31,147 bases of DNA from a virus (Duplodnaviria; Caudoviricetes): positions 1-31,147 of the IMG/VR virus record IMGVR_UViG_3300011420_000024; one strand, written 5' to 3'. Positions 1 through 8,212 of the stretch are shown here, piece by piece (positions within the stretch are counted from its first letter, which is position 1; every line of letters begins with the position of its first letter). The position numbers and the translations under genes were made by a program. The notes beneath the pieces were generated by a model, which was given only the letters and a program-made list of their open reading frames with translations, was not told the origin of the DNA and did not search any database.

Positions 1-1
1 C

Positions 2-415
2 CTCGATGTGCGACTCGGTCAGGAACGGGGCCATCTTCAGCGGCGTGCCGACGATCTGCTCCTTGATGCCAGCCTGGAACTGCGCCCAGTGCGTCGGGAA
101 GCGCCTGATGTGCTGCTCCCACACCTCGGCGGTGACGATGTTGTTCTTGTCGCCGGGGATCATGATTTCGATGTGAGGGACGTCCCTGTAGATCGGGCGG
201 TTCTCCTGCGTCGAGCGCTCGGGGTCGATGCGCGGGCGCATGTAGAAGCGCACATGCAGGTTGTCGTCGTGGCCTGGGCCCATGCCGGGCGGCAGGCCTC
301 CGGGGCCCTGCATGCCGAACTTGCGGGCATCGGCGCCGACGGTCTGGTCGAACTTCGTCCAGTCGGTTGGGACAGCGGTTTGCAGGGCTTCGACCTGCGC
401 GGCATCGAGGGACAT
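2..415 (-). CDS. Conserved phage late protein, truncated at window start
   Basis: Not in ORF track. AAGGAG SD then ATG at 415; open to the edge: MSLDAAQVEALQ...NRPIYRDVPHIEIMIPGDKNNIV...RFPTHWAQF; high GC3 codon use. Confidence 0.8.
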   Translation of the reverse strand, partial: MSLDAAQVEALQTAVPTDWTKFDQTVGADARKFGMQGPGGLPPGMGPGHDDNLHVRFYMRPRIDPERSTQENRPIYRDVPHIEIMIPGDKNNIVTAEVWEQHIRRFPTHWAQFQAGIKEQIVGTPLKMAPFLTESHIE

Positions 416-488
416 GAGGGTTCTCCTTGTACGCGGGATGTTGGGGAATCTCGGACGGGCCATCCCACTGAACCCGCCGTGTAAACGC

Positions 489-1058
489 TCAGATGCCGAT
501 GGTCGGCACGTACTCCACGAAGAAGCGGACGTTCGCCAGTTCGACGTTGTCGGCGCCTCCCGTGACCTTGCTCGCCCTGATCGTGTAGGTGTGATCGAGC
601 GCATCCTCGGCGGTGGTGCCGACGCTGAATGCGGCCTGCACGAAGTTGCCCAGGCCCTGGCCGCTGACCGTCGTGCCGCCAGGGATGTCCACGCCGTCCC
701 TGAACAGGCTGAAGACCACCTCGTCGCCAGCGGGCGCGGCAAGGTCGCAGTTGAATGAGATGCGGTTCACGGTGGACGGCAAGCCGCCCGCCAGCCGCTC
801 GATGGTGCCCAGCACCGGGTCCACGACGTAGCCAGCAGTCTCGGCCAGGACGTCGGCGTAGGTGACGATCTGCGGCGCCACGCCCAGGGCTACAAGGGTC
901 AACGTATCTGACGACAGGATGCCGTAGCCGGGCGTGACCGTGTCGATGAAGTCCTTGACCATGTTGCGGACGTCGGCGGCGGTGATGTCCTGCGTGATGT
1001 TGTCGGGCAGGGTCGCGTCGGCCTGGGCCAGGAGCGCGAGCATCGTCTTGCGGGCCAT
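489..1058 (-). CDS. Putative virion structural protein (189 aa)
   Basis: GGAG SD before ATG 1058 (MARKTMLALL); beta-rich composition; within structural operon. Confidence 0.7.
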   Translation of the reverse strand: MARKTMLALLAQADATLPDNITQDITAADVRNMVKDFIDTVTPGYGILSSDTLTLVALGVAPQIVTYADVLAETAGYVVDPVLGTIERLAGGLPSTVNRISFNCDLAAPAGDEVVFSLFRDGVDIPGGTTVSGQGLGNFVQAAFSVGTTAEDALDHTYTIRASKVTGGADNVELANVRFFVEYVPTIGI

Positions 1059-1059
1059 G

Positions 1060-1452
1060 TCAATCTCCGATGTCGAAGGATGGGTCGAAGGAATCATCGA
1101 ATGCGCCCAGGTCAGGCGGCGGGATGACGCCCGGGGATACAGCCAGGAAGCCCTCGGCGGTCAGCGGCAGGCCCGCGTACCACATCGCAGGCAGGCCAGT
1201 GCTGATGCGAATCTGGCCCAGGCCGTTGGTGACCGGGCCCGTAGGCCCGACCAGGGGGTTGTCGCTGTCGGTGATCTGGCCGTCGTCGAGGTAGCCGATG
1301 CCGCCCAAATGCACATCCGGGTCGAAGCCCGCCGCAGCGGCCAAGCCCCCGTCTGCACCGATGGGCGTGCCGCCATTGAAGTCAACAGCCGGACCGCTCG
1401 ACAGGATGATCCGGCCCTCGGGATCGAACTTGAGTACGCCTGCGATGAGCAT
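1060..1452 (-). CDS. Putative virion protein, Gly/Pro-rich (130 aa)
   Basis: ATG 1452 lies 2 nt after the upstream stop; ends with acidic FDDSFDPSFDIGD. Confidence 0.65.
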   Translation of the reverse strand: MLIAGVLKFDPEGRIILSSGPAVDFNGGTPIGADGGLAAAAGFDPDVHLGGIGYLDDGQITDSDNPLVGPTGPVTNGLGQIRISTGLPAMWYAGLPLTAEGFLAVSPGVIPPPDLGAFDDSFDPSFDIGD

Positions 1453-1454
1453 GA

Positions 1455-2711
1455 TCAGGCGCTCAGGATCGTGTGGATGGCCGCTGCGTTGGCCGCTGAC
1501 AACGCCGTAGTCCACACGACGTCATCGACAAACGTGTAGGGGGAGTTGCCGCCGCCAGTGTGACGCAGCACCACGCCAGCAAGCGTGGTCAAGGTGCCCG
1601 CTGGTGCGTAGTTCTGCGTCAGCCCTGCATTCGCGCCGTTGGTGTAGTAGACGCAGGCGGCGTTGCCCACCAGACCGCAGTTGAAGACGGTCATGCGGGT
1701 TCGCACCAGCGCCGAGATGTCGTAGCTCGGCGACCACAGTCCCACCTTGACGCTCGCGCTCGCGCCGCCGATGTCAACACGGGTCGTGTTCGCCGAACTG
1801 CCGGTGTTGATCATGCCGTTGGCAGCATCGTTCCAGCCCACGCTCTGAAACGCATTGCCTGCATTGCCGCTGTTCGTAGCGGCCAGGATGCCGCGAGCCA
1901 GGACCGTCAACGTTGCGCTGACAGGCAGCGCGTTGGCCGAACGCAGTTCCATGCCGCCAGCGATGGTGACAAGCCCCGTCCCGTTCCACACCAGTTGCCC
2001 GACTGCCGTCGGCGCGAAGTGGTTACCAGCCCCGGTCTGGTCGTAGAGCCGAACCACCTGCCCCGTCGTACCGGCAACGAAGGCATTGAGCGTGGCCGCG
2101 TTGACCGCGCCGCCTGCGCCCGTCACGAACGGGATGTCGGCTTCGGTGAGGTTGTCGGCCCTGCGGATACGCAGGCACGGGCCAGAGCCCGCAGCAAGAC
2201 GGCGCAGCGAGCACGCCGACCACATGCCGGTGGCATACGCATCGAGCAGGCCCGTGCCGCTGCCTGCGGGAGCCGTCGCCGCGAACACCACCGAGTTGCT
2301 GTTGGCGTTGGCGCCGCGAGAGTCTGTAGCCCGGAAGACCACTGCGCCGCCAGGACCGCCCGCCAGCGGCGTGCCCGTGACGCGGCCTGTGCCAGAGCCC
2401 AGCGACAGACCGGGCGGCAGCGCGCCCGAGAAGATCGAGTAGAAAATCTGCGGCGCGCCGTTCTGGAAGTGCGACGCAATGTTCAGGCTATAGGGCGACC
2501 CCTCAAAAGGCTCCGGGGCCGTGATGGGGTCCAGGGCGTTGAACTCGACTGGCGGCAGGACCGGCGCCGAAGCGCCGCCGCCCATCGCCGGGTTGACGAC
2601 GCTCTCCGTTTCAACGGTAGGCAGCGCAACGCCGATGGCTGTCGTGCTGTAGACGTCTTCCGTCGTGCTGAATGGAACCCCAGGCTTCTCGAAAATATCG
2701 ACTACGGCCAT
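1455..2711 (-). CDS. Virion surface protein with Ig-like (He_PIG-type) domain and lectin/LamG-like C-terminal domain
   Basis: GGAGAAGG SD before ATG 2711; SGALPPGLSLGSGTGRVTGTP is a putative-Ig signature; ACSLRRL...CLRIRRADN...LYDQTGAGNH resembles phage concanavalin-like domains. Confidence 0.7.
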   Translation of the reverse strand: MAVVDIFEKPGVPFSTTEDVYSTTAIGVALPTVETESVVNPAMGGGASAPVLPPVEFNALDPITAPEPFEGSPYSLNIASHFQNGAPQIFYSIFSGALPPGLSLGSGTGRVTGTPLAGGPGGAVVFRATDSRGANANSNSVVFAATAPAGSGTGLLDAYATGMWSACSLRRLAAGSGPCLRIRRADNLTEADIPFVTGAGGAVNAATLNAFVAGTTGQVVRLYDQTGAGNHFAPTAVGQLVWNGTGLVTIAGGMELRSANALPVSATLTVLARGILAATNSGNAGNAFQSVGWNDAANGMINTGSSANTTRVDIGGASASVKVGLWSPSYDISALVRTRMTVFNCGLVGNAACVYYTNGANAGLTQNYAPAGTLTTLAGVVLRHTGGGNSPYTFVDDVVWTTALSAANAAAIHTILSA

Positions 2712-2726
2712 GACCTTCTCCGGTGA

Positions 2727-2753
2727 TGCCGCCACTGCGCCGCAGTGGCGGCA
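2727..2753. repeat. Perfect 12-bp inverted repeat TGCCGCCACTGC-N3-GCAGTGGCGGCA
   Basis: Read directly; intergenic; no U-tract on either strand. Confidence 0.85.
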
Positions 2754-2760
2754 AGGCCCA

Positions 2761-3363
2761 TCAGGCCGGGGCCGCGCTTGCGGTGCCGAAGGAACCGAAC
2801 ACCGACTGGCCCGTCACCAGCGCGAGGCCCGAACGGTTTGAGTAGCCCGCCTCGACGGCGCCGCCCGTCACCACGGCGCCCGTGGCCGTCACCAGCTTGA
2901 TGACGAAGCCCGTGAAGGCCGGTCCTGCGCCCGCGTCACGCGAGCCGCCCTGGCCCGCGCCGCCGATGCCCCAGCCCGCCGTGTAGGGCACCGGGGCACC
3001 CGTGGCATCGCTCTTGCCGCCGCCGATGTACATGATCGTGCTGTTGGCCGACGCCGTGCCGTCGGGCTTGGTGATGCCTGGGGTGTAGTCGTCGCTGAAG
3101 CCCGCCGCCTTGATCGAGTCGGGGGCCGTCAGGCCGATGATCGGCGGCGAGCCGAAGCCGATGCCGGTGGACAGGCCACCCGTCGATGCGTTGCCGCTGG
3201 CCGCGAAGCCCGTGCCTGCGGGCAGGCCAAGGTAAGGGACGTCAACGTCACGATCCTTCGGCGAACCCTTCGGGCCCGAGAGCAGATCGAAGATGACGAA
3301 GTTGCCCAGGCTCGGGTTGGCGAGGTTCTGGACAAGCGTGCTGCCGGGAAGTCCTGCGGGCAT
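2761..3363 (-). CDS. Putative capsid decoration/minor head protein (200 aa)
   Basis: AAGGAG SD; Gly/Ala/Ser/Thr-rich; immediately downstream of the capsid gene. Confidence 0.6.
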   Translation of the reverse strand: MPAGLPGSTLVQNLANPSLGNFVIFDLLSGPKGSPKDRDVDVPYLGLPAGTGFAASGNASTGGLSTGIGFGSPPIIGLTAPDSIKAAGFSDDYTPGITKPDGTASANSTIMYIGGGKSDATGAPVPYTAGWGIGGAGQGGSRDAGAGPAFTGFVIKLVTATGAVVTGGAVEAGYSNRSGLALVTGQSVFGSFGTASAAPA

Positions 3364-3381
3364 GGTGTTGCTCCTTGAATG

Positions 3382-3415
3382 AAAAAGGGGCGGGGGCGTT
3401 TACACGCCGCCCGCC
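3382..3415 (-). terminator. Rho-independent terminator after major capsid gene
   Basis: Minus strand GGCGGGCGGCGT-GTAA-ACGCCCCCGCC-CC-TTTTT. Confidence 0.75.
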
Positions 3416-3427
3416 GAATGCCCTTGA

Positions 3428-4399
3428 TCAGGCTCCGACCAACCGGCCCTGGAACTGACGTCCAGAGCAGGTCAGATTCCCCGCCCAGGCCAGGATGCTC
3501 ACCTCGGCGTCCTGGTTCACGGCGTAGCGCTTGTTGGGCGACAACGGCACCATGTCCCGTGCGCTATGGGGGCGCAGGAAGATGTACTTCGTGTTCAGGA
3601 AGAAGGTCGTGTTCGCCGGGCAGAAGCCACCGATGCCGCCGTCGAGCACGACGTCGGCGTCCATGTACTTCACGCTCGGGAAGCCCAGGTTGCCCACCTC
3701 GGGCGAGGTGAAGCGCTGCTGCGCTTGCAGTGACGCAAGGTACACGCCCCAGGCTACGTTGTCCTGCACGATCAGGTCGGGCCTGTCGGTGCCACGGATC
3801 AGCGAGGCCCACATCGTGTTCATGAAGCCCTGGATGTTCGCCGCCGTCTGCGCTGCCGTCAGCGTGTACTTCGACGTCCAGAACAGCCATGTCGAGCCCA
3901 CGATGCCGCCGTAGGCGGTGACCTGCGAGGCTGGCGCCAGCGCGGGCATCGCAGCGCCCAGGCCCGTCAGGGACTTGCCTGCGTAGGTCGTGCCGTCGGC
4001 GTAGATGCCCTCGGCCATCAGGTTCGCCATCGTCGCCTCGGAGACGTTGATGCGGCCTTCCAGCAGGTCGATCATCTGCTCCTTGCCCGCGTTCTGGATT
4101 TGCTCCAGACCGGACATGGTCACCGGGCAGGCGAGTTGCTTGATGTTGAACTCAGCCGCCGAGATGACGTCGCTCGCGGCCACCGGCAGCAGGTCGTACC
4201 CGCTGTACCAGCCACCGTTCGCGTTCTGCGCGAAGGACAGTTCCTGGTAGATCACGTTGCCGCCCGAGAAGGGCTTGCGGTTGCCGCGCTGGTCGAGACG
4301 CATGTACAGCGCGTTGTTCTTGGTCACGTTGTCCGCGATCTTGCGGGTGCGCGACTGGATCGTCGTGGCGACGATGTCGGATACGTTGGGGAATGCCAT
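3428..4399 (-). CDS. Major capsid protein (323 aa)
   Basis: MAFPNVSDIVATTIQSRTRKIADNVTKNNAL start typical of a widespread podovirus-like capsid family; GGAGG SD; follows scaffold; size fits HK97 fold. Confidence 0.9.
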   Translation of the reverse strand: MAFPNVSDIVATTIQSRTRKIADNVTKNNALYMRLDQRGNRKPFSGGNVIYQELSFAQNANGGWYSGYDLLPVAASDVISAAEFNIKQLACPVTMSGLEQIQNAGKEQMIDLLEGRINVSEATMANLMAEGIYADGTTYAGKSLTGLGAAMPALAPASQVTAYGGIVGSTWLFWTSKYTLTAAQTAANIQGFMNTMWASLIRGTDRPDLIVQDNVAWGVYLASLQAQQRFTSPEVGNLGFPSVKYMDADVVLDGGIGGFCPANTTFFLNTKYIFLRPHSARDMVPLSPNKRYAVNQDAEVSILAWAGNLTCSGRQFQGRLVGA

Positions 4400-4538
4400 G
4401 AGGGCCTCCAGACGAAGTTAAGCCTGCGTTTACACGCGCCTATGCTCGCCTGAGGACTGCTTCGCTGGCCTACCCCGCCCGGGGCTGTCCTGGCCGTCAG
4501 TGACGGTGGAGCCCCAGGCGCGGCGGTGCTACTACGCC

Positions 4539-5669
4539 TCAGTACCGCGAATGCGCCTCGATGGCCGCTTCGATGCTCTCGCGGATCGAAGTCGGTTCAG
4601 CCACATTCGGGTTGCCGATGGGGGCCGACCCGGTCACGCTGACTGCGGCTGCGCGTGCGCGCTGGGCCGCTGCCGTCAGTTGGTGAGCGCTCGCCCCCTG
4701 TCGCTGGGCGATCATAACCTTGGAGATTTCGGGGTGCAAGAATGCCGCCCGCTCGTAGGCGTCGGCCAGACTCATGTCGAAGCCCTGGCGCTGGGCCACC
4801 TCGATCATGTCGGCCATCGCCACCCGCAGGTCGGGGAAATACTTATTCTTCGGGTCTGCGGCGAACTGCTCAAGCTCGCTGCGCGTGGCCGTCTCGGCCT
4901 GCTGCTGCACCTGCTGGTGGCGCTGCTGCGCGGCTTGGTACAGCGGCGCCAGGGCCTGCTGCACGGCCTGCTGCACGTACTGGGGATCGGTGCCCTGCTG
5001 CTGCTGCGGCAGCGGCTGGCCCACCAGGGCGTTGTCGAGGGACTGGATGTCCACGCCGTAGGTCTTGATGATCGTCGCCAGGGTCTGCGCCTTCTCGTTG
5101 GGCGTGCCCATCCTCATGCGGGTGGCGAACTGCATCAGGTTGGTGACCGCCGTCAACGGGTCAACCCCCTCGGCCTGGATCGCGGGCATGAAGGGCTGCA
5201 CGGCCTGATGGAAGCGCTCGCCAAGCTGGCGCGCCGGGGCCGTGTCCTGGGCCCACTGCTGCATCTGCGTCTCGCGCCGGGCAATCTCCTGCTGCGCTGC
5301 AACAGGAACCTGGGCCCAGGCCTCCTTGGCGCCGAAGCTCCAGCCATAGGGCGGCTGGATGGCCTGGGAAGGGGCCTGCGGGGCCGCTGGCGCCCCGATC
5401 ACGGGCGCGGTGGCACCTGGGGTGCCTGGAGCCGCTGCGGCGCCTCCTGGGGCCTTTTCGGCCTTCGGCAGGAAGCGGCCCATCGAGTCGCGCACCGGGG
5501 CGCTGCCCTCGGGCTTGGGATCGGCAGGCGGCGTGCCCTCGGGCGGCGTCTCGGGCGCTGGCGTGCCGCCGTCGCCGCTGTCGGGGGTGCCGACGCTGTC
5601 GCCGGGACTATCTTCAGCGGTACTCAGCGCCGACTCGATGTCGCCGCGCAGGTCGTCTTCGGGGCCCAT
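4539..5669 (-). CDS. Capsid scaffolding protein (376 aa)
   Basis: Acidic Pro-rich N-terminus, RDSMGRF motif, Q/A-rich helical core, SIRESIEAAI tail; directly upstream of capsid; AGGAG SD. Confidence 0.8.
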   Translation of the reverse strand: MGPEDDLRGDIESALSTAEDSPGDSVGTPDSGDGGTPAPETPPEGTPPADPKPEGSAPVRDSMGRFLPKAEKAPGGAAAAPGTPGATAPVIGAPAAPQAPSQAIQPPYGWSFGAKEAWAQVPVAAQQEIARRETQMQQWAQDTAPARQLGERFHQAVQPFMPAIQAEGVDPLTAVTNLMQFATRMRMGTPNEKAQTLATIIKTYGVDIQSLDNALVGQPLPQQQQGTDPQYVQQAVQQALAPLYQAAQQRHQQVQQQAETATRSELEQFAADPKNKYFPDLRVAMADMIEVAQRQGFDMSLADAYERAAFLHPEISKVMIAQRQGASAHQLTAAAQRARAAAVSVTGSAPIGNPNVAEPTSIRESIEAAIEAHSRY

Positions 5670-5679
5670 GAATTTCTCC

Positions 5680-6072
5680 TTATGTGCCCGTCATGCGGGC
5701 GATGGTTTCGGCAATATCGTTACGGGTAATTGCTCCACCGGCCTTGCCTTGCCGGTACAGATCGCGGGCGGCTTCGGCCTTGGCCCAGGATTCGGTGTAG
5801 TCGTCGGCGGTGGTCAGGCCGTGGCGCTTCATGTACTCGCGGTGCTTGCTGCGGCTTGAGATGTCAACGCCGTCCAGGGTCCGCAGGCCGTCGTAGGACC
5901 GATCCCCCGACAGCGGGTTGTCGATGGCCCTGAAGCGCACGGGCGGGAAGTAGCGGTCCATCTGCTGCTGGCAGCAGAAGTGCGGCAGGGGGTTGTCGAT
6001 GTGCTCGCGGATCGAGCGCACCGTCTCCTCCTCGCGCCCGCAGGCTTGGCATTTCCAGTTGTAGGTGGGCAC
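5680..6072 (-). CDS. FmdB-like zinc-ribbon protein
   Basis: MPTYNWKCQACG...CC motif; GTG start overlaps upstream stop. Confidence 0.75.
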   Translation of the reverse strand: MPTYNWKCQACGREEETVRSIREHIDNPLPHFCCQQQMDRYFPPVRFRAIDNPLSGDRSYDGLRTLDGVDISSRSKHREYMKRHGLTTADDYTESWAKAEAARDLYRQGKAGGAITRNDIAETIARMTGT

Positions 6073-7667
6073 TACTTCTTCTCCTCGCGCAGGGCGGCAA
6101 TGGTGGCGGCGGTGCCGCCAGTCCCAGCCGCGAGCGCGGCCAGCATCTCGGGGGTGGCAGCGCCCGCGTGGGTCTTGCCCATGATCACCATGTCGCGGGC
6201 CGTCTCAGGCGACACGTTTAAACGCCGTGAAGTGTCCATGATGCGCTGCGCCAGCAACTCCAGCTTGGGCGCGCCGATGGGCGACGTCACGCCCGTGGCG
6301 TTGGAGCCCGCGCCCCACACCACGGCCTGGGCGGGCACCGCCTCAAGCCCCGCCTCGCGGGCGATCTTGTCCTTCCACCACGGGCCCAGCGATACCATCT
6401 CGGGCACGCTCGCGCTGGCGCCCGCCGAGATGGGCGTGGTGCCACCGGCCTTGCCGCGTACGTCGGGCAGGCCCACCAGCCTCGACCAGTGCGCGTCACC
6501 GACAGGCCACTGCGTCTGGAAGCCCGTCTCGGGCACGCCGCTGGCGTGGATGTAGCTCGGGACTTTGGCGCTGCCCATGTCAAGCTCGCCGCCGCCGCGC
6601 AGGTACTTCGCCATCGGGCCCGCCTGGGCGGTCTTGTGGTAGGCGTGGCCCATGACCTTCGCCATGTCGTCGGGCCGGTTGCCGGTCATGCCGCCGCCGT
6701 GGGTCACGAAGTCATCGAAGCGCCCGGCCTTGTCGAGCCAGTTGGCGGCGGTGCCACGGTTCATCTCGGTCAGCACCTCGCTGCCAGGACTCGCCATGCC
6801 CGTCAGGGTGTTGAAGCGCTTGTACTCGGCCACGGCCTGCTCGGGCCCGTACAACTCCTCAAACCGTTTGTATAGCGGGTCCATCGTGTACCAGGAGGCC
6901 ATGCCCTCAAACAGGTCGGGCCGCTTGCGCGCCTCGCTGATGATGTCGAGCAGGCGCTGGTTGTTGCGCGGGTTCATCACCTCGCCCGCATGCGCGGCGC
7001 CCTTGGCGCCCGGGGCTGCGGCGAAGGGCCGCTCGGTCATGTTGCCTGCGCGGCGCCCCTGCTGCGAGATGTCGAACAAGTCGGAGCGGTTCACGCCGAA
7101 CAACTGCTGCATGGCCGGGTCTTCCGGCGCCACCTTCGCGCCCGCGACAAGCTCATCGGGGGCCTTGTAAACCCCGGGGAACATCGCCTCGCGCTTGGGC
7201 CGCATCACCGTGGGCACGACGCCCTTGGCTTGCTTGATGGCCTGCTCGGCGCCCGTCCTGGCGGCGCTGCCAGCGCCCCGCGTCGGCACCTCCAGCAGCC
7301 CCAGGGCGCCCGCCGCCATCATCGGGTTGCTCTCGGCGAACTGGTCCCAGCCCGCCTCGCCCTGGGCCACGCCGGGCACGCGCTCGCGGGCCCAGTCGAT
7401 GCCCTTGCCGATGGTCTGGCCCAGGCCCTGCAAGCGCTCGGCGCCGCGCTGCGTGCTCGGGCCACCGGCCCAGTCCTCGACGGCGCGAACCGTATCGGCG
7501 CCGCCCGACGCCGCCGCCTCGGGGCCCTTGCCGCGCAGCAGGTCAACGATGCCCCGGCTGGCCCCCGCCAAGCCCGCGACGGGCTGGACGGCCATGCCCT
7601 TGAGCAACTGGCCGGTGGCGTCGGCCTGCCCACCCACCTCGCGCAGCAACTCAGCCATGCTCGCCAT
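6072..7667 (-). CDS. 531-aa protein: Ala/Gly-rich N-terminal region plus putative HhH/glycosylase-like domain; possibly an internal virion protein
   Basis: AGGAG SD; motif series WY / ASPGSEV / KVPSY / VGDAHW / PAQAVVW. Confidence 0.6.
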   Translation of the reverse strand: MASMAELLREVGGQADATGQLLKGMAVQPVAGLAGASRGIVDLLRGKGPEAAASGGADTVRAVEDWAGGPSTQRGAERLQGLGQTIGKGIDWARERVPGVAQGEAGWDQFAESNPMMAAGALGLLEVPTRGAGSAARTGAEQAIKQAKGVVPTVMRPKREAMFPGVYKAPDELVAGAKVAPEDPAMQQLFGVNRSDLFDISQQGRRAGNMTERPFAAAPGAKGAAHAGEVMNPRNNQRLLDIISEARKRPDLFEGMASWYTMDPLYKRFEELYGPEQAVAEYKRFNTLTGMASPGSEVLTEMNRGTAANWLDKAGRFDDFVTHGGGMTGNRPDDMAKVMGHAYHKTAQAGPMAKYLRGGGELDMGSAKVPSYIHASGVPETGFQTQWPVGDAHWSRLVGLPDVRGKAGGTTPISAGASASVPEMVSLGPWWKDKIAREAGLEAVPAQAVVWGAGSNATGVTSPIGAPKLELLAQRIMDTSRRLNVSPETARDMVIMGKTHAGAATPEMLAALAAGTGGTAATIAALREEKK

Positions 7668-7676
7668 GATCGTCTC

Positions 7677-7913
7677 CTATGACCCGTCGTCGGGCGGCGC
7701 GTCGAGCACCTCGACGTTTACACGCTCAAGCGGCAACAGCTTGAGCACGCCAAGCTCGGCGCAGCGGCTGTTGAGACACTTGAGCGTGAGCGCAACGGGT
7801 GGCGCCCCGCCCGGGGTGGTGTGCGGCGCGACCTGATGCAGCGAATGGCCGCACGTTGGGCACCAAACACCCCCGGGCAACAGCACCACCTCGGACATCG
7901 GGCGCAGGCCCAT
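7677..7913 (-). CDS. Small zinc-finger protein
   Basis: CPTC...CLNSRC; ATG 7913 just after upstream stop (alternative start 7898). Confidence 0.6.
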   Translation of the reverse strand: MGLRPMSEVVLLPGGVWCPTCGHSLHQVAPHTTPGGAPPVALTLKCLNSRCAELGVLKLLPLERVNVEVLDAPPDDGS

Positions 7914-7914
7914 G

Positions 7915-8196
7915 TCAGGACTCCGGGGCCGGGTTGGAGTAGCCACCCTCGGGCTCCTTCTTGTAGCCCGGCTTGACGCAGTGCTCGGCCTTCCAGGCGT
8001 CGAATTCGGCGGCTGACGCGCCGCCGTTGGTGAAGCGCGCAGGCACCTCCTCGTCGTACTCCTCCACGACGTCGGCGGCGGCGACGTTGAGCGTCTCGTT
8101 GCCGTCCTGGTCGGTGGGGTACTTCTTCTCGGCGGCGGCTTCGGCGGCTTGCTCGGCTTCGTAGTCGGCGTCAGCCTGGGTCTGCTTCTTGGTCAT
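7915..8196 (-). CDS. Acidic hypothetical protein (93 aa)
   Basis: AAGGAGAG SD; typical codon use. Confidence 0.75.
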   Translation of the reverse strand: MTKKQTQADADYEAEQAAEAAAEKKYPTDQDGNETLNVAAADVVEEYDEEVPARFTNGGASAAEFDAWKAEHCVKPGYKKEPEGGYSNPAPES

Positions 8197-8212
8197 GTCG
8201 TCTCTCCTTGGG

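Noticed and set aside
2711-2763. Readthrough or frameshift fusing the 200-aa decoration protein to the Ig-domain protein, prompted by the strong hairpin
   Set aside because: The ORFs are in different frames, no slippery heptamer is evident, and the downstream gene has its own strong SD.
4895-5015. CTG/CAG-rich tandem-like repeats
   Set aside because: They simply encode the Gln/Ala-rich helical part of the scaffolding protein.
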